From a virus, in IMG/VR virus record IMGVR_UViG_3300012348_000111, positions 1 to 64,000 of that record: a stretch of 64,000 nt of DNA; one strand, given 5' to 3'. Position numbers and translations under genes: made by a program. The notes beneath the pieces were generated by a model that searched no databases, was not told the origin of the DNA, and saw only the letters and a program-made list of their open reading frames with translations. Positions 27,439-37,607 of this stretch are shown here, in pieces. How positions within the stretch are numbered: the first letter of the stretch is position 1; each line of letters starts with the position of its first letter.

Positions 27439-28122
27439 ATGATGCAAGTAAACGATGAGGTTTTCAAAGCAAAAAGAAAACCTAAAAATCCAATCACGTT
27501 TAAAATTCAATTAAATGAAGAACAAAAAATTGCTAAAGCAATTATTCTCGAAAACCCTATCACTGTTCTTACAGGGTCAGCCGGTAGTGGGAAAACACTT
27601 TTGGCCACAATAACAGGATTAGATCTTTTATTTAGAAACGAAGTTGAAAAACTTATTATAACAAGACCTGCAGTTCATGCTGGTGAAGATCTTGGTTTTA
27701 TACCTGGAGGATTAGATGAAAAAATGGATCCTTGGTTGCAACCTATTTATCAAAACTTCTATGCCGCTTACGGTAAAGAAAAGATTGATAAAGAAATTGC
27801 AGAAGGAAACATACAACTTCTTCCTATGGGTTATATAAGAGGTCTTACATTTACAGATTCTTTTATTATAGCAGACGAAGTACAGAACTTAACACATACT
27901 CAAATGCAAGCCTTATTAGGTCGTTTAGGTAAAGGTTCTAAAATGATTCTTTGTGGAGATGTTAGTCAGATAGATCTTAAGAATAAAAAAACCTCAGGGT
28001 TATCATTCCTGAGGCGTATAGAAGAAGAAGTATCTGGATTCAAAATTGTTAATTTACATCAAAACCATAGACATGACATTGTTCAGCCTATACTTGACGT
28101 ATACAAACTTTACGAAGATTAA
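27439..28122 (+). CDS. phoH: PhoH-family ATPase
   Basis: GSAGSGKT, ITRP, LGFIPG, RGLTF, DEVQN, GDVSQID, RH. Confidence 0.92.
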   Translation: MMQVNDEVFKAKRKPKNPITFKIQLNEEQKIAKAIILENPITVLTGSAGSGKTLLATITGLDLLFRNEVEKLIITRPAVHAGEDLGFIPGGLDEKMDPWLQPIYQNFYAAYGKEKIDKEIAEGNIQLLPMGYIRGLTFTDSFIIADEVQNLTHTQMQALLGRLGKGSKMILCGDVSQIDLKNKKTSGLSFLRRIEEEVSGFKIVNLHQNHRHDIVQPILDVYKLYED

Positions 28123-28280
28123 ACTTCGTCGTCTGCAATACTAGCTTTTTCTATTTTTAATTTTTCTAGATAAGCTTTAGCTTCTTCCTCGGTTTTGAAC
28201 TGAGTAATCCACTCTGTGTTTACATAAATACGGTATTCTTCTTTACCGTTAGTCCATCCTTTTACAATCTGAGTAATCAT
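28119..28280 (-). CDS. 53-aa hypothetical protein, not in the ORF track
   Basis: MITQIVKGWTNGKEEYRIYV..DDEV*; its stop overlaps the phoH stop. Confidence 0.5.
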   Translation of the reverse strand: MITQIVKGWTNGKEEYRIYVNTEWITQFKTEEEAKAYLEKLKIEKASIADDEV

Positions 28281-28281
28281 T

Positions 28282-28512
28282 TTATATTTTAATTAGTCTT
28301 GGTGAATCTATATAGTCAGTAAGTATTACTTTTAATCCATGTAGGGATTCTATTTTCAAATCTGTTTCTTTGATATCTGGATAGAAAGAATACAAATGAT
28401 CTTTTGTTAGTATTACTGCGTTAGGATATACGTTTGCCTTATCGGTTAAATAAAACTCGTTTATTTTATGTACCATATATTCTTCGGTAAAGATATTAAT
28501 ATTATTTGTCAT
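28282..28512 (-). CDS. hypothetical protein
   Basis: ORF in the - strand operon. Confidence 0.6.
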   Translation of the reverse strand: MTNNINIFTEEYMVHKINEFYLTDKANVYPNAVILTKDHLYSFYPDIKETDLKIESLHGLKVILTDYIDSPRLIKI

Positions 28513-28521
28513 TTTGAAATT

Positions 28522-29835
28522 TTAAAAAGTTAAGTAAAAAGAATAAACGTTAGGTGAATGTTTATCTACTATATCAAATGACACTCCTGCGATTCCTGGT
28601 CCAAAGTTACTGTGTATCCATTTAGAAGAACCATACAAAGATAAAACATTTCTGTATCTGAATGTTTGACCTAATTGTTGACTTTCATTATGAAGATCTC
28701 CTTTAATTAAATGTATGTTTTTTGTTTTATCTAAACCGTGATGATTTATGTATTTGTTTACAAAGTTTTCTGTTTTGTCGTTTAACTGAAGGGGAAGACC
28801 AAATTTACGATCCTCGCTATCCTTTCCATGAGTAAATATAAAGATATGTTGTCCATATTCAAAATGTTCTAAGAATTTTTCCATTAAAATAACTTCTACG
28901 TCATATATGCCTTCAATATAATACTGAAGTGCTTTAGCAGATATATATGAGAAGTCTCCACCGTGATTATCGTTTGTTTGTGTAATTACTTTGTAATTAC
29001 TTGCAAAGTCTGATCTGAATAAAGTATCAAAAAAGACTTTATGTTCTTCTACATATGTTTCAAACACTTCTTTGTTTGACATATTTTGAGGTAACTTGTG
29101 TCCTCCTCTAGTAGTGTAACCATTCCAACCATCTACGCTATCACCTAAATCACAAATATAAATACAATCAAAGGCTCCAAAATCATTTACAGTAGATTGA
29201 ATCTTATCGTATACTATTTTGAGTCTGTGTTTGAAAACATTTCTATTATATTCGTTAGAATAAATAGAATCCTCCTTTGTCATTGCACCTATATGTTTGT
29301 CACTCATATAAACAAAAAGTGACTTTTCGTTGTTAGTAATTGATTTTGATTCATATATTTCAAAATCATTTCCTAAAAACACCTTATTAAGTATTTGCTC
29401 TATTGTTTCAGAATCAATATCTTCATTTTTGATTCTAGTAAACATTGCAGATACCTGCCAACCATTGCTTTTTTCTTTAGACCAATATTGAGAAAGTTTC
29501 CAAACAGAAGTATCTATCTTATGAAGTGCTATTATTTCATCTGATGTTCTTGGAGTATCAAAGTATTGGTCTATTTTTATTTCTCCCTTATCTATATTTT
29601 CATAGAATGAGGATTTAGATGGTAATTCTTTTTGAATACTTTCAATAACTTGTTGACTATCAGTTTTTAGCAATTGAATCATTGCATTTCTCTTAATACC
29701 TCTTACAGATTTAGCTCTTTTGATTTGTTCTAAGTCTGGTCTATAATCAAACTTAACGGCAATATCGTAAGCTAATTCATCTGTATTAGGATTTTGAAGA
29801 TAGTAATCAAATATGAGATCTTTAGGTGATTTCAT
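28522..29835 (-). CDS. calcineurin-like metallophosphoesterase
   Basis: SDKHIG, LGDSVDG, NDNH, THG, GDLH. Confidence 0.85.
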   Translation of the reverse strand: MKSPKDLIFDYYLQNPNTDELAYDIAVKFDYRPDLEQIKRAKSVRGIKRNAMIQLLKTDSQQVIESIQKELPSKSSFYENIDKGEIKIDQYFDTPRTSDEIIALHKIDTSVWKLSQYWSKEKSNGWQVSAMFTRIKNEDIDSETIEQILNKVFLGNDFEIYESKSITNNEKSLFVYMSDKHIGAMTKEDSIYSNEYNRNVFKHRLKIVYDKIQSTVNDFGAFDCIYICDLGDSVDGWNGYTTRGGHKLPQNMSNKEVFETYVEEHKVFFDTLFRSDFASNYKVITQTNDNHGGDFSYISAKALQYYIEGIYDVEVILMEKFLEHFEYGQHIFIFTHGKDSEDRKFGLPLQLNDKTENFVNKYINHHGLDKTKNIHLIKGDLHNESQQLGQTFRYRNVLSLYGSSKWIHSNFGPGIAGVSFDIVDKHSPNVYSFYLTF

Positions 29836-29837
29836 AA

Positions 29838-30185
29838 TTAAAACATTAAACCTATAACAAATATTGCCAACCCAAGAGTAGTGTACTTAAACATTTGTAA
29901 CACTTGTCTTGTTTGATATAGTTCCCAATCTAATCTTGTTATCTCATCTTTACTCTTATTTAAAGATGTTTGCATAGAAGGAACAATACTGTCCTTATAC
30001 AAAGAAAGTTGGATTGAGTCCAACTTTACTACGTCTTTTAATATATGTAATTTTTCTCTTGCTTCAATACCTTTTAGAAATTCGTTATTCAATTCCTTTA
30101 TCGGTAAGCTGTCTTGACTTTGAGAGAAGGAATAGTGTGGCATCCAAAGGAGGCATACTATCAATAATGATCTTAATCGTATCAT
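29838..30185 (-). CDS. spanin-like membrane protein
   Basis: Signal-like N-terminus, coiled coil, C-terminal TM; overlaps 30085..30456. Confidence 0.5.
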   Translation of the reverse strand: MIRLRSLLIVCLLWMPHYSFSQSQDSLPIKELNNEFLKGIEAREKLHILKDVVKLDSIQLSLYKDSIVPSMQTSLNKSKDEITRLDWELYQTRQVLQMFKYTTLGLAIFVIGLMF

Positions 30186-30456
30186 ATTTTGTTGTTGTTT
30201 TGTGATAAACAGTAAGCTTTTCTTTTTTGTTCAAATCTAAAGAATCTATTTTAGAAATCAAAATTTTATTTTGAGCAGTAATAGAATCAATATGTTTTAC
30301 AATCTCGTTTTGATTTGAATTAACAGAATCTTTAGTTTCTAAAGTGGTATGATACCAGTAAATAACTAAAGAAATAATAATAAGAGTGTAAAGATTAGTA
30401 TATATTTTAATTGAAAATATAGATAAAAAAGATTTGAATAAAGATGTAATATTCAT
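30085..30456 (-). CDS. i-spanin-like membrane protein
   Basis: N-terminal TM plus coiled coil; follows the holin. Confidence 0.5.
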   Translation of the reverse strand: MNITSLFKSFLSIFSIKIYTNLYTLIIISLVIYWYHTTLETKDSVNSNQNEIVKHIDSITAQNKILISKIDSLDLNKKEKLTVYHKTTTKYDTIKIIIDSMPPLDATLFLLSKSRQLTDKGIE

Positions 30457-30869
30457 TATTTAAGATTTATTTCTTTGTGCTGATCTATTTTATCTAAAAT
30501 AGTAGTAAGTAATTCATTTTGTATTAATCCAGCACGTTCAGCATTCTTTAAAGCAGATATAAGTTGAAATAAAATAAAAGGTGCACATACTGTTTCACTT
30601 AACCATGATGTTCCTTCAAATCCTTTTTCAATCATTAATATCCCTGTAAGCATAAATACCCAAACCATAAGTGTTTTAAGTACTTTAAGAGCTTTATATG
30701 TTTTAAAACCTTCAGTTTTAGTACCAGCCCATATACCAAAGAAACCATCCATAAACACTATTGCAACTACCGCTAAATATTGTTCAGAGTTATTAGCTGT
30801 CAAGTTTAAGAAGTAGGAACCCACAAAAGCACATAGTGTTGTTAGACTGTACAATAGTGTAGATTTCAT
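30456..30869 (-). CDS. holin
   Basis: About 3-4 TM segments, MDGFFGIWA, QLISALKNA; promoter TTG-N19-TAACTTTG at 30904-30875. Confidence 0.75.
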   Translation of the reverse strand: MKSTLLYSLTTLCAFVGSYFLNLTANNSEQYLAVVAIVFMDGFFGIWAGTKTEGFKTYKALKVLKTLMVWVFMLTGILMIEKGFEGTSWLSETVCAPFILFQLISALKNAERAGLIQNELLTTILDKIDQHKEINLK

Positions 30870-30917
30870 AGTTTCAAAGTTATAGATTTTAAAAAATAAA
30901 TCAAGAGATTTTAAGCA

Positions 30918-32582
30918 TTAAAGTAAACTAGTTAATTGATCTCCAGTACTATCCACGGTAGCTGTATTCTTCAGTCGGTTTCCTATAGATCCAGCTGTAT
31001 TCATTGTACTTGTTTGCGCATTCCATACATCTTCCGGTGTTAGCACAGCAAGTCCTGTGGTGTTGTCTGTCGGAACCCCAAATGCTACAGAGTTTGGCGA
31101 TGGCACTTTTAATGTTCCAGTCAGCGTTCCAAGAGCATAAGAAACCCCATTCCTTACGTTTGCAGGAATTGGGGCGTCAACAACCGTGTCAGGTGAAACG
31201 AGGCGTGCTGCAGGCGCTGCCGTTGCTGGTGGCAATGCTCCGTTGGTTGTTTCGTCCCGAAATTCAAAATAAGAACCAATAGTTCTCCTATAGTGCATAC
31301 GAACCACTAACATCGGCATTGTGCCGTAGACGTCTGATATAAACGGTCCGGTCATTATATGAATCGATGAAGCATTTGTAGACGAAAAAACTACAGAACT
31401 AACGTTGGCATTATTAACTCTAGCTATCATAATTCCTGTTTGGTTAAAATTAATAACCTGTGTGGTGTTTATCACAGCAGCTCTTCCACCATAAATAGCA
31501 CCGACAATATTAAAAGTAAAAGAAGTGTTAATAGCAAAAGGGGAACCTGAAATATTATTTCCAGATGATTGAAGAAAATCAATATCACCTGTCATATTAA
31601 AAGTAAATATTTTATTTATATTGATTACGGGCCTTATAGAAGAAGAGTTGATTGTCATGTTACCTGTGAAATTTACAATTCCACCATTCGTTCCTGCATT
31701 AATAAATATTGCTTCCGAGTTTAAACCACTACCAACACTTTCCCAATTTCCTACCCAGTTTAATGTGCCAGTCCCATTAAAATAAACAACTCGTGCGTTA
31801 CTCAAAATAGTAACTTGCGCGTTCCCTATCAATGTTGCAGACTGTCCTGTATTCAAACTAAATACAATCAACCCATTTATAGAGTTGCTTCCTGAATTAA
31901 AACCGTTAACAGAGTTAGTGCAAGTCACGGTAACTCCATTATTTAAAACAAATCCACCACCTGCTACTGCTGGTGATGTAGTTCCAGTTTCGTATAAAAT
32001 AATATTTACAACTCCAATGCTTGTACTTAAACTTGCAGTTATTAACAACCTATAACTCAAGTATGCCGTTGAGTTGCCTATCAAAGGACTCGTGTAGTTA
32101 TTGCTATTGTGTCCAGCAACTGTATGTAAAGTTACCCAGTTAGAACCATTCCATCCTTGAAATTCCCAGTCTTTAGGTCCTTGTTCATTTCCGTTGTTTA
32201 CTCCCTGTATTACGTATTGATTTATCGGTATTGCATTAGGAAATTGATATGAAATCCACCTTGGATTGGAAATATTTACAGCACCGCCACTCCACCAAGT
32301 AGAAAGGCTGTTATCAAAAGCTCTAAACGCATCGTTTGTTGTTGGATTAGGAATATCGCTAGCAGAAACTATTCCAGAAGGACTAGTATTTGAAGTCATA
32401 TCTGGAACCGCATCAACAATAGATTGTGCAGCATTTGTAAGCGTATCTACATTGATGTTTTGATCAATTGTTACAGTAAAATTGTTGGAAGCAACAACAT
32501 CTCCTGCGGCAGGTTTTAAACCACCGTTCCACGTCGCAGGATTGCTCCAGTTGCCATTTGCTACAGCTACTCTTAATCCCAT
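30918..32582 (-). CDS. tail fibre/receptor-binding protein with discoidin (F5/8 type C) domain
   Basis: G/S/T/N-rich; GNWSNPATW; AFRAFDN..WISYQF..PKDWEFQG..W..L..YRL; P.PANVR.GV.Y repeats. Confidence 0.7.
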   Translation of the reverse strand: MGLRVAVANGNWSNPATWNGGLKPAAGDVVASNNFTVTIDQNINVDTLTNAAQSIVDAVPDMTSNTSPSGIVSASDIPNPTTNDAFRAFDNSLSTWWSGGAVNISNPRWISYQFPNAIPINQYVIQGVNNGNEQGPKDWEFQGWNGSNWVTLHTVAGHNSNNYTSPLIGNSTAYLSYRLLITASLSTSIGVVNIILYETGTTSPAVAGGGFVLNNGVTVTCTNSVNGFNSGSNSINGLIVFSLNTGQSATLIGNAQVTILSNARVVYFNGTGTLNWVGNWESVGSGLNSEAIFINAGTNGGIVNFTGNMTINSSSIRPVININKIFTFNMTGDIDFLQSSGNNISGSPFAINTSFTFNIVGAIYGGRAAVINTTQVINFNQTGIMIARVNNANVSSVVFSSTNASSIHIMTGPFISDVYGTMPMLVVRMHYRRTIGSYFEFRDETTNGALPPATAAPAARLVSPDTVVDAPIPANVRNGVSYALGTLTGTLKVPSPNSVAFGVPTDNTTGLAVLTPEDVWNAQTSTMNTAGSIGNRLKNTATVDSTGDQLTSLL

Positions 32583-32584
32583 GC

Positions 32585-32875
32585 TTACAGACCTTTATCG
32601 TTTATAAACTCTTGCAGTGTATTCATAATACCTGTAACCGCTTTCTCAAATGCAGGGTCGCTCTCTGCTACCTCAAATACGTCTAGTATAGACACAGCTT
32701 TAGCGTAGTCAGGCTGAGCCTCTATTCCTCCCAACTCCAAGTCTCTGTATGGAGTTAATCTCAACGCAACAGATGCTCCCCTTGGAGGATCATACGGGCT
32801 AATAGAAAGATTTACCAAAAAGTAAGGGTACTCTACCCCATCTACTATTGTTGGATTTGAACTTATTAATGGCAT
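32585..32875 (-). CDS. hypothetical tail-associated protein
   Basis: Adjacent to the fibre gene. Confidence 0.6.
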   Translation of the reverse strand: MPLISSNPTIVDGVEYPYFLVNLSISPYDPPRGASVALRLTPYRDLELGGIEAQPDYAKAVSILDVFEVAESDPAFEKAVTGIMNTLQEFINDKGL

Positions 32876-32877
32876 AA

Positions 32878-33186
32878 TTATGTGTATATGTGTGTATATC
32901 GATTTGTCCAGTTTACATTGTTTGCTGTAAGTACAGTTGTTGTTCCGTCTTCTAGAATTTCTATTCTATTTATTGTCCAAAGAGAGTCTGATTCAGAAGC
33001 AGAAGAACTTGCTTTACCGCAATAAGAATAAATATTAAAATCGTGTTTTCTTTGAACAAAGATATTACCTACTGGGTATTTAACTGTTTTTCCTGTATCT
33101 AAAGAAATACCTACTAAATGAGTGGGTTGACCATCATTTAACTCTGATATTTTAACAGCATTAGCAGGAATATGATTGTTTTGCAT
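32878..33186 (-). CDS. tail-associated protein
   Basis: VKISEL N-motif; YCGKA..W.I.RI..W.NR C-motif. Confidence 0.6.
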   Translation of the reverse strand: MQNNHIPANAVKISELNDGQPTHLVGISLDTGKTVKYPVGNIFVQRKHDFNIYSYCGKASSSASESDSLWTINRIEILEDGTTTVLTANNVNWTNRYTHIYT

Positions 33187-33189
33187 AAC

Positions 33190-33549
33190 TTAAAGAATTA
33201 TATACTTTCCATTCTCAGTAATTAAAGCTATACTTTCTAATCTATTGGAAGGTAGTTTACTATATGTAAAAAGTAGATTTTGTGTTGGATATTTACTTTC
33301 AAATCTAAGATCTTCATTAGCTCTTGCATTGTCTAAAATTAACTCACAGGTTAATTCTAAAGTTATTTTAGGACCATTAAACTTTACTAAGTTATTCCCA
33401 ATAAACTTAATGTGTGATAATTCTTCTTTAAACTTTTGAAGAATATGTAAGTCATGACTATTAAGATATACTTTAGATGAAAACGAATTAAATATCTTTT
33501 CAGATAGTTTTAAAGCATACCCATTTGTCTGAAAGTACATATTTCTCAT
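33190..33549 (-). CDS. hypothetical protein
   Basis: ORF ending LITENGKYIIL, a tail-fibre anchor-like motif. Confidence 0.6.
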   Translation of the reverse strand: MRNMYFQTNGYALKLSEKIFNSFSSKVYLNSHDLHILQKFKEELSHIKFIGNNLVKFNGPKITLELTCELILDNARANEDLRFESKYPTQNLLFTYSKLPSNRLESIALITENGKYIIL

Positions 33550-33571
33550 TAGTACGACAATTCAGATTATA

Positions 33572-33763
33572 TTATTTTGAGTAAAAATATTTTTGAATCA
33601 AAAGACTATCATTTGTATTATGCAATTCAATTAAAACTTTCATTGCACTATCATGCATCTCTTGACTTTCCTCCACTTGCTCTTCTACTTTTTCTTCAAT
33701 TGTTGGTTGATTTGTAAGGGCTAAAATTAAAACAACAAGCCCTAACGCTGCTAAAAATTTCAT
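33572..33763 (-). CDS. small exported or membrane protein
   Basis: Signal-peptide-like N-terminus. Confidence 0.6.
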   Translation of the reverse strand: MKFLAALGLVVLILALTNQPTIEEKVEEQVEESQEMHDSAMKVLIELHNTNDSLLIQKYFYSK

Positions 33764-34017
33764 ATTTTACCTAATTTTTTATATAACGTAATTTCAGTAA
33801 CTAACGCACTACACAACGAATCTTGCGTTTTTAGTTGCTTGGATAGTTTTTCAAGTTTAGCCTCGCACTCCAACAACCTCTTCTCGCAGCGGTCATTGAT
33901 GCTTTTAGATTGACTTTCTGTGCGGTAGTATAACACGCTTACGACAACCAATAAAAGGAACATAATTGCCTTACTTGGGTCGCTCTTAAATTGTTCAAAG
34001 TCTATGGGTAGTTTCAT
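33760..34017 (-). CDS. single-TM coiled-coil membrane protein
   Basis: AIMFLLLVVVSVLYY followed by a coiled coil. Confidence 0.65.
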   Translation of the reverse strand: MKLPIDFEQFKSDPSKAIMFLLLVVVSVLYYRTESQSKSINDRCEKRLLECEAKLEKLSKQLKTQDSLCSALVTEITLYKKLGKI

Positions 34018-34022
34018 TGGTA

Positions 34023-34265
34023 TCAGTTAGTTTCATCGAATGGGTTAGGTTGGATTACTTCAAATTCTGTTGGTTCTCCCAAAATAGGCAATAAAGATTC
34101 GTCAAATGCAATATACCAAAATTGCGGATTATTTAATTCTGCAAAGTTGTAATCCACCCAATGTTGAGTGACATCGGTAGGACTTGCAGGAATGCCGTAG
34201 TATGCGTCACATTGTTGACGTGATGCTATTGCTTCCGCTTCGGTGTTGTATTTGTATCCTTGCAT
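34023..34265 (-). CDS. small partner of the upstream receptor-binding protein
   Basis: TAATG-type coupling to 34265..35137. Confidence 0.6.
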   Translation of the reverse strand: MQGYKYNTEAEAIASRQQCDAYYGIPASPTDVTQHWVDYNFAELNNPQFWYIAFDESLLPILGEPTEFEVIQPNPFDETN

Positions 34266-35137
34266 TAGTAGATAGAGTAAAAGTCGTTAATATTAGAATT
34301 AATATTAGTTAAATTTGATAATATTGAACTATCGTAATAAATTATTTCTGGGATATTACCATCCAAATATTGTAAGTTAGTTCCTAATGAGCCTATTAAA
34401 CATTTATTAGAAGCATTTTGCATTTGGTCGACAGAAACTCCTGCCCTTGTAACACTCTGCAATGAGTTGTTGTTATATATTGATGTCTCGTTAGCAAAAG
34501 ATTGATTTCCGTCATATAGTAATGATGTTACATATAATTGATTTAAACTAATAATATTCCCTGAAATGATATTATTTGAACTTGCTAATGCTGAATAAAC
34601 TTGAAAATCTATTGACCCTAATGAATTAAAAGTGCGTATTAAAAAATTTCTATTATCCCACCTCGAAAACAAAGTTGAATTTTCTTTATTAGAATTAATA
34701 GCATATACTAAAAAAATACTTGCTAAAGTTCTTGATACTGTAAAGGCTGCAATATCTAAAAAGTCATTTATCCCATCAAATTTTAAGCAAGGTTTACCAT
34801 TGTCTAAAATTACATTACCACTACTAACTATCTGTGGTTGATTTGCTGCCGTTGTTTGTGTTGCATTTCTACCATTACCACTTTGGTCATACCAAGTTGT
34901 TACAAATCCATTTGTACCACTGCAAAAACTTGTAATTGAAGATGTATCAAGTACATTATTTACAAATCCAATGTTTTGCTCTGTGTTATCGGAAGCCCTA
35001 CGCACACGAATAGCACTACCTGTGTATGCCGTGCGTAATTTACGCAATGAATAGGCAGCCGCTGCTCCGCTATATGTGTCAAGTAATAAATTACTTAACG
35101 TCGTAACTGATATGGTATTTGAATATGGGGTTATCAT
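34265..35137 (-). CDS. ConA/LamG-like receptor-binding protein
   Basis: AAYSLRKL...AIRVRR, TWYDQSGNG.NA.Q..QP, FDG..D.L, G.I.EII.Y. Confidence 0.75.
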   Translation of the reverse strand: MITPYSNTISVTTLSNLLLDTYSGAAAAYSLRKLRTAYTGSAIRVRRASDNTEQNIGFVNNVLDTSSITSFCSGTNGFVTTWYDQSGNGRNATQTTAANQPQIVSSGNVILDNGKPCLKFDGINDFLDIAAFTVSRTLASIFLVYAINSNKENSTLFSRWDNRNFLIRTFNSLGSIDFQVYSALASSNNIISGNIISLNQLYVTSLLYDGNQSFANETSIYNNNSLQSVTRAGVSVDQMQNASNKCLIGSLGTNLQYLDGNIPEIIYYDSSILSNLTNINSNINDFYSIY

Positions 35138-35364
35138 TATTCGCTAAATGGGAATTCAGGTGATGGTGGTGGTGTGTATTCGCCTTGTGGCAAATCAAAT
35201 AACCACATATATTCGGTATCTTGAAATAGTTCCTTGTCTTGCTCGGTTGCAAAGAAAAAAGGTATTCCATTTATGTCTTGAACGCAGTTAATAAAAAGGT
35301 AAGGTGTAATAAATTTACCTTGTACCTCGTTGTATTGTTCTACAGTTAAAATATAGCCTATCAT
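35137..35364 (-). CDS. small partner of a receptor-binding protein
   Basis: NCVQDING motif; Pro-rich end like 34023..34265. Confidence 0.6.
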   Translation of the reverse strand: MIGYILTVEQYNEVQGKFITPYLFINCVQDINGIPFFFATEQDKELFQDTEYMWLFDLPQGEYTPPPSPEFPFSE

Positions 35365-36098
35365 ACTTGACGTTTTAAATTATTTATTATTTCTTTAAAT
35401 ATATCATTATCATAACTTCCTCTTGCTTTATTTGCCCACACACAAACAAACTGAACATTACCTTCCTCATATCCTAAATCGTTATTAATTCTATCTAACG
35501 ATATTAAATAAGGGCTAGATGTCATTTCACGCTTTTCGGTATATGTTTTAGGGCAAAGTAATTCAGAGCCAGTTAAAGCACATTTGTAATTTTGTAATTC
35601 TAAAACACTTTGCAGATATTCTATGCTTATATTAAATGGATAATTTCTTGACTTGGCATTCGCTTTCCATCTGTTAAATAAAGCATTATGTATGTCTTGT
35701 GTTCCTCCTTTATTGCAATTTCTTGCTTGACGCTTTCCATTAGCCCAAACTTTTGCCATAAAAGAACCTTTACCTTTCAACCTATCTATCCCGTTTCGGT
35801 CTAATAAAAACTTTACTTTTTCAGCACCGATTTTGTATTTTTTTGACAAGCCATTTTGAGATATACCATTTTTATAATCATCACACAAAGCATCCTCGTA
35901 ATCAAACTTTAATTGTTTAATGTTAGCGTACATTTCAGATTTGCCCATCATTGGTACACCTTGCATTTTTAATACTCTTCGAACCCTGTCTGTAGTGGCA
36001 TTTAAATCAGTTGCAATTTGTTGTACGGTTTTTTTGCCATAGTTACTTACAATGTAATTAGCATCTAATGGTTTTAATGTTGTCCATTGTCTTCCCAT
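35361..36098 (-). CDS. free-standing HNH-type endonuclease with N-terminal HTH repeats
   Basis: QNYKCALTG, SLDRINNDLGYEEGNVQFV..N; promoter TATATTTG 36110-36103 just before ATG 36098. Confidence 0.75.
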   Translation of the reverse strand: MGRQWTTLKPLDANYIVSNYGKKTVQQIATDLNATTDRVRRVLKMQGVPMMGKSEMYANIKQLKFDYEDALCDDYKNGISQNGLSKKYKIGAEKVKFLLDRNGIDRLKGKGSFMAKVWANGKRQARNCNKGGTQDIHNALFNRWKANAKSRNYPFNISIEYLQSVLELQNYKCALTGSELLCPKTYTEKREMTSSPYLISLDRINNDLGYEEGNVQFVCVWANKARGSYDNDIFKEIINNLKRQV

Positions 36099-36130
36099 AA
36101 TACAAATATACAATAGTGTAATCATATTAC

Positions 36131-37180
36131 CTACACATTTCTATTTAAAGTGGTTTGAAATGCCTGTACTGCGGTGTAAAAGTTTGATTGTTCAGTATCC
36201 GTAAATCCTTCACCTATTGACGCAAACGCATTTTGTCTTGTATCATAATTAGATGCGGTCCCATTGTTATTGTTTGCCCCTAAATATATATTTTGCGATG
36301 CTGGTGAATTTGAATTATTTGCTTTTGAAGTTTTTGTTGTATTTTGAAAAAATTGCTCTGAAGTAGATGCAATTCTTGAAACAGTAAATAACCCTAATGA
36401 TGAGGTTACATTCGCACTCGTATTTCCTGAGGTATTATTAAAAGCTGAAAAATATGCGAGAACAGAACTTAATCGGGGATATATATACATACCTTTGCTC
36501 AATGCTTGTGAAGTAGCACCAATTGATGTAGTTGCTGATGTAGCATCGGTTCTTAAATAAACGCTAATATGACAATTATTTTGACTTAATTCAGATGCCA
36601 TATTTAAGCCTGTATTCATAAAAGCACTACTTGGAGTAACTCCTGTACTTGCAAAAGTCCAACCCGTAGAAAATGTACCAGTAAAACTTGAACTCTTTAA
36701 ATTTTGAGCACACGCTGCCGCACTTGCACCAACCATAGGGTAGATGGCTTTCATTTTAGTCCATAAAGAATAAGATTTTAAATCCAATACTAATTGGTTT
36801 ACCGCAGTTTGTTCAGTTGCTGAAAGTGAACCCCCAGCAGTAGTAACTCTATTAAAAAAGGCTTGTGCGTCTGGATCAGTTAATGATTCTGTACTTGCTC
36901 TTACTCTATAATAATAAGTTGTGTTTGGGTTTAATCCTATAACTACATAAGATGTAGTAGGGGCATTTACTTGTTGGTTTTCGTATATATTTATACCTGT
37001 TAATATATCGAAGGTAGGAGATGTACTAACATCTAATAGATAAACAACAGCACCTGGATAAGCGTTCCAATTAGCAGTAAATGAGGTTTGACCTATACCA
37101 GTAGCAGCAGTTGCTATTGGTGCAACTAAACCATAACCACCAACCTTTTGTTGTTTTACACCTATACCTATACCGATCAT
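36131..37180 (-). CDS. FN3 plus lectin-like tail/receptor-binding protein
   Basis: FN3 (TSFTANW..Y.LDVS..GLNPNTTYYYRVRA) followed by a DPDAQAF domain. Confidence 0.75.
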   Translation of the reverse strand: MIGIGIGVKQQKVGGYGLVAPIATAATGIGQTSFTANWNAYPGAVVYLLDVSTSPTFDILTGINIYENQQVNAPTTSYVVIGLNPNTTYYYRVRASTESLTDPDAQAFFNRVTTAGGSLSATEQTAVNQLVLDLKSYSLWTKMKAIYPMVGASAAACAQNLKSSSFTGTFSTGWTFASTGVTPSSAFMNTGLNMASELSQNNCHISVYLRTDATSATTSIGATSQALSKGMYIYPRLSSVLAYFSAFNNTSGNTSANVTSSLGLFTVSRIASTSEQFFQNTTKTSKANNSNSPASQNIYLGANNNNGTASNYDTRQNAFASIGEGFTDTEQSNFYTAVQAFQTTLNRNV

Positions 37181-37181
37181 A

Positions 37182-37490
37182 TTAGTATGCGATTACACTA
37201 CCTGAAGTAATAGTCCAACCTGTGATATCTTGTCCACCTGGAAGAAAAGCACCTTGTTTAAAAGTTACTCCACTCATACCACGAGCAGTAAGTACATCTA
37301 CACCATTTACAAAAAATGCAGAAAATACTGTGTCTTCTTGTACTACTAATGCTTCGTGTGTTACTCCAGTTACTACACCAGCTCCATAACGCATGAAACC
37401 TGATGTTCCTACAGCTAAAGATGTGCTGTCTTGAATTCTTCTTAAACGTTTTGCTTGTTCTCTAAGCAAATCATTGTTTTCCATTCCCAT
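37182..37490 (-). CDS. small virion structural protein
   Basis: Beta-rich, ends TSGSVIAY; promoter TTG-N19-TATTTTTG at 37583-37554. Confidence 0.6.
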   Translation of the reverse strand: MGMENNDLLREQAKRLRRIQDSTSLAVGTSGFMRYGAGVVTGVTHEALVVQEDTVFSAFFVNGVDVLTARGMSGVTFKQGAFLPGGQDITGWTITSGSVIAY

Positions 37491-37607
37491 AATATTTTTA
37501 TTTAAAGTTTTCGATTATAAAATCCGATCTAATTAGATCCGAATGAATTAGTACAAAAATAATCTAATTAAAATTTTTGTCAAGAAAGTTAAAGATAACC
37601 CTGATAA

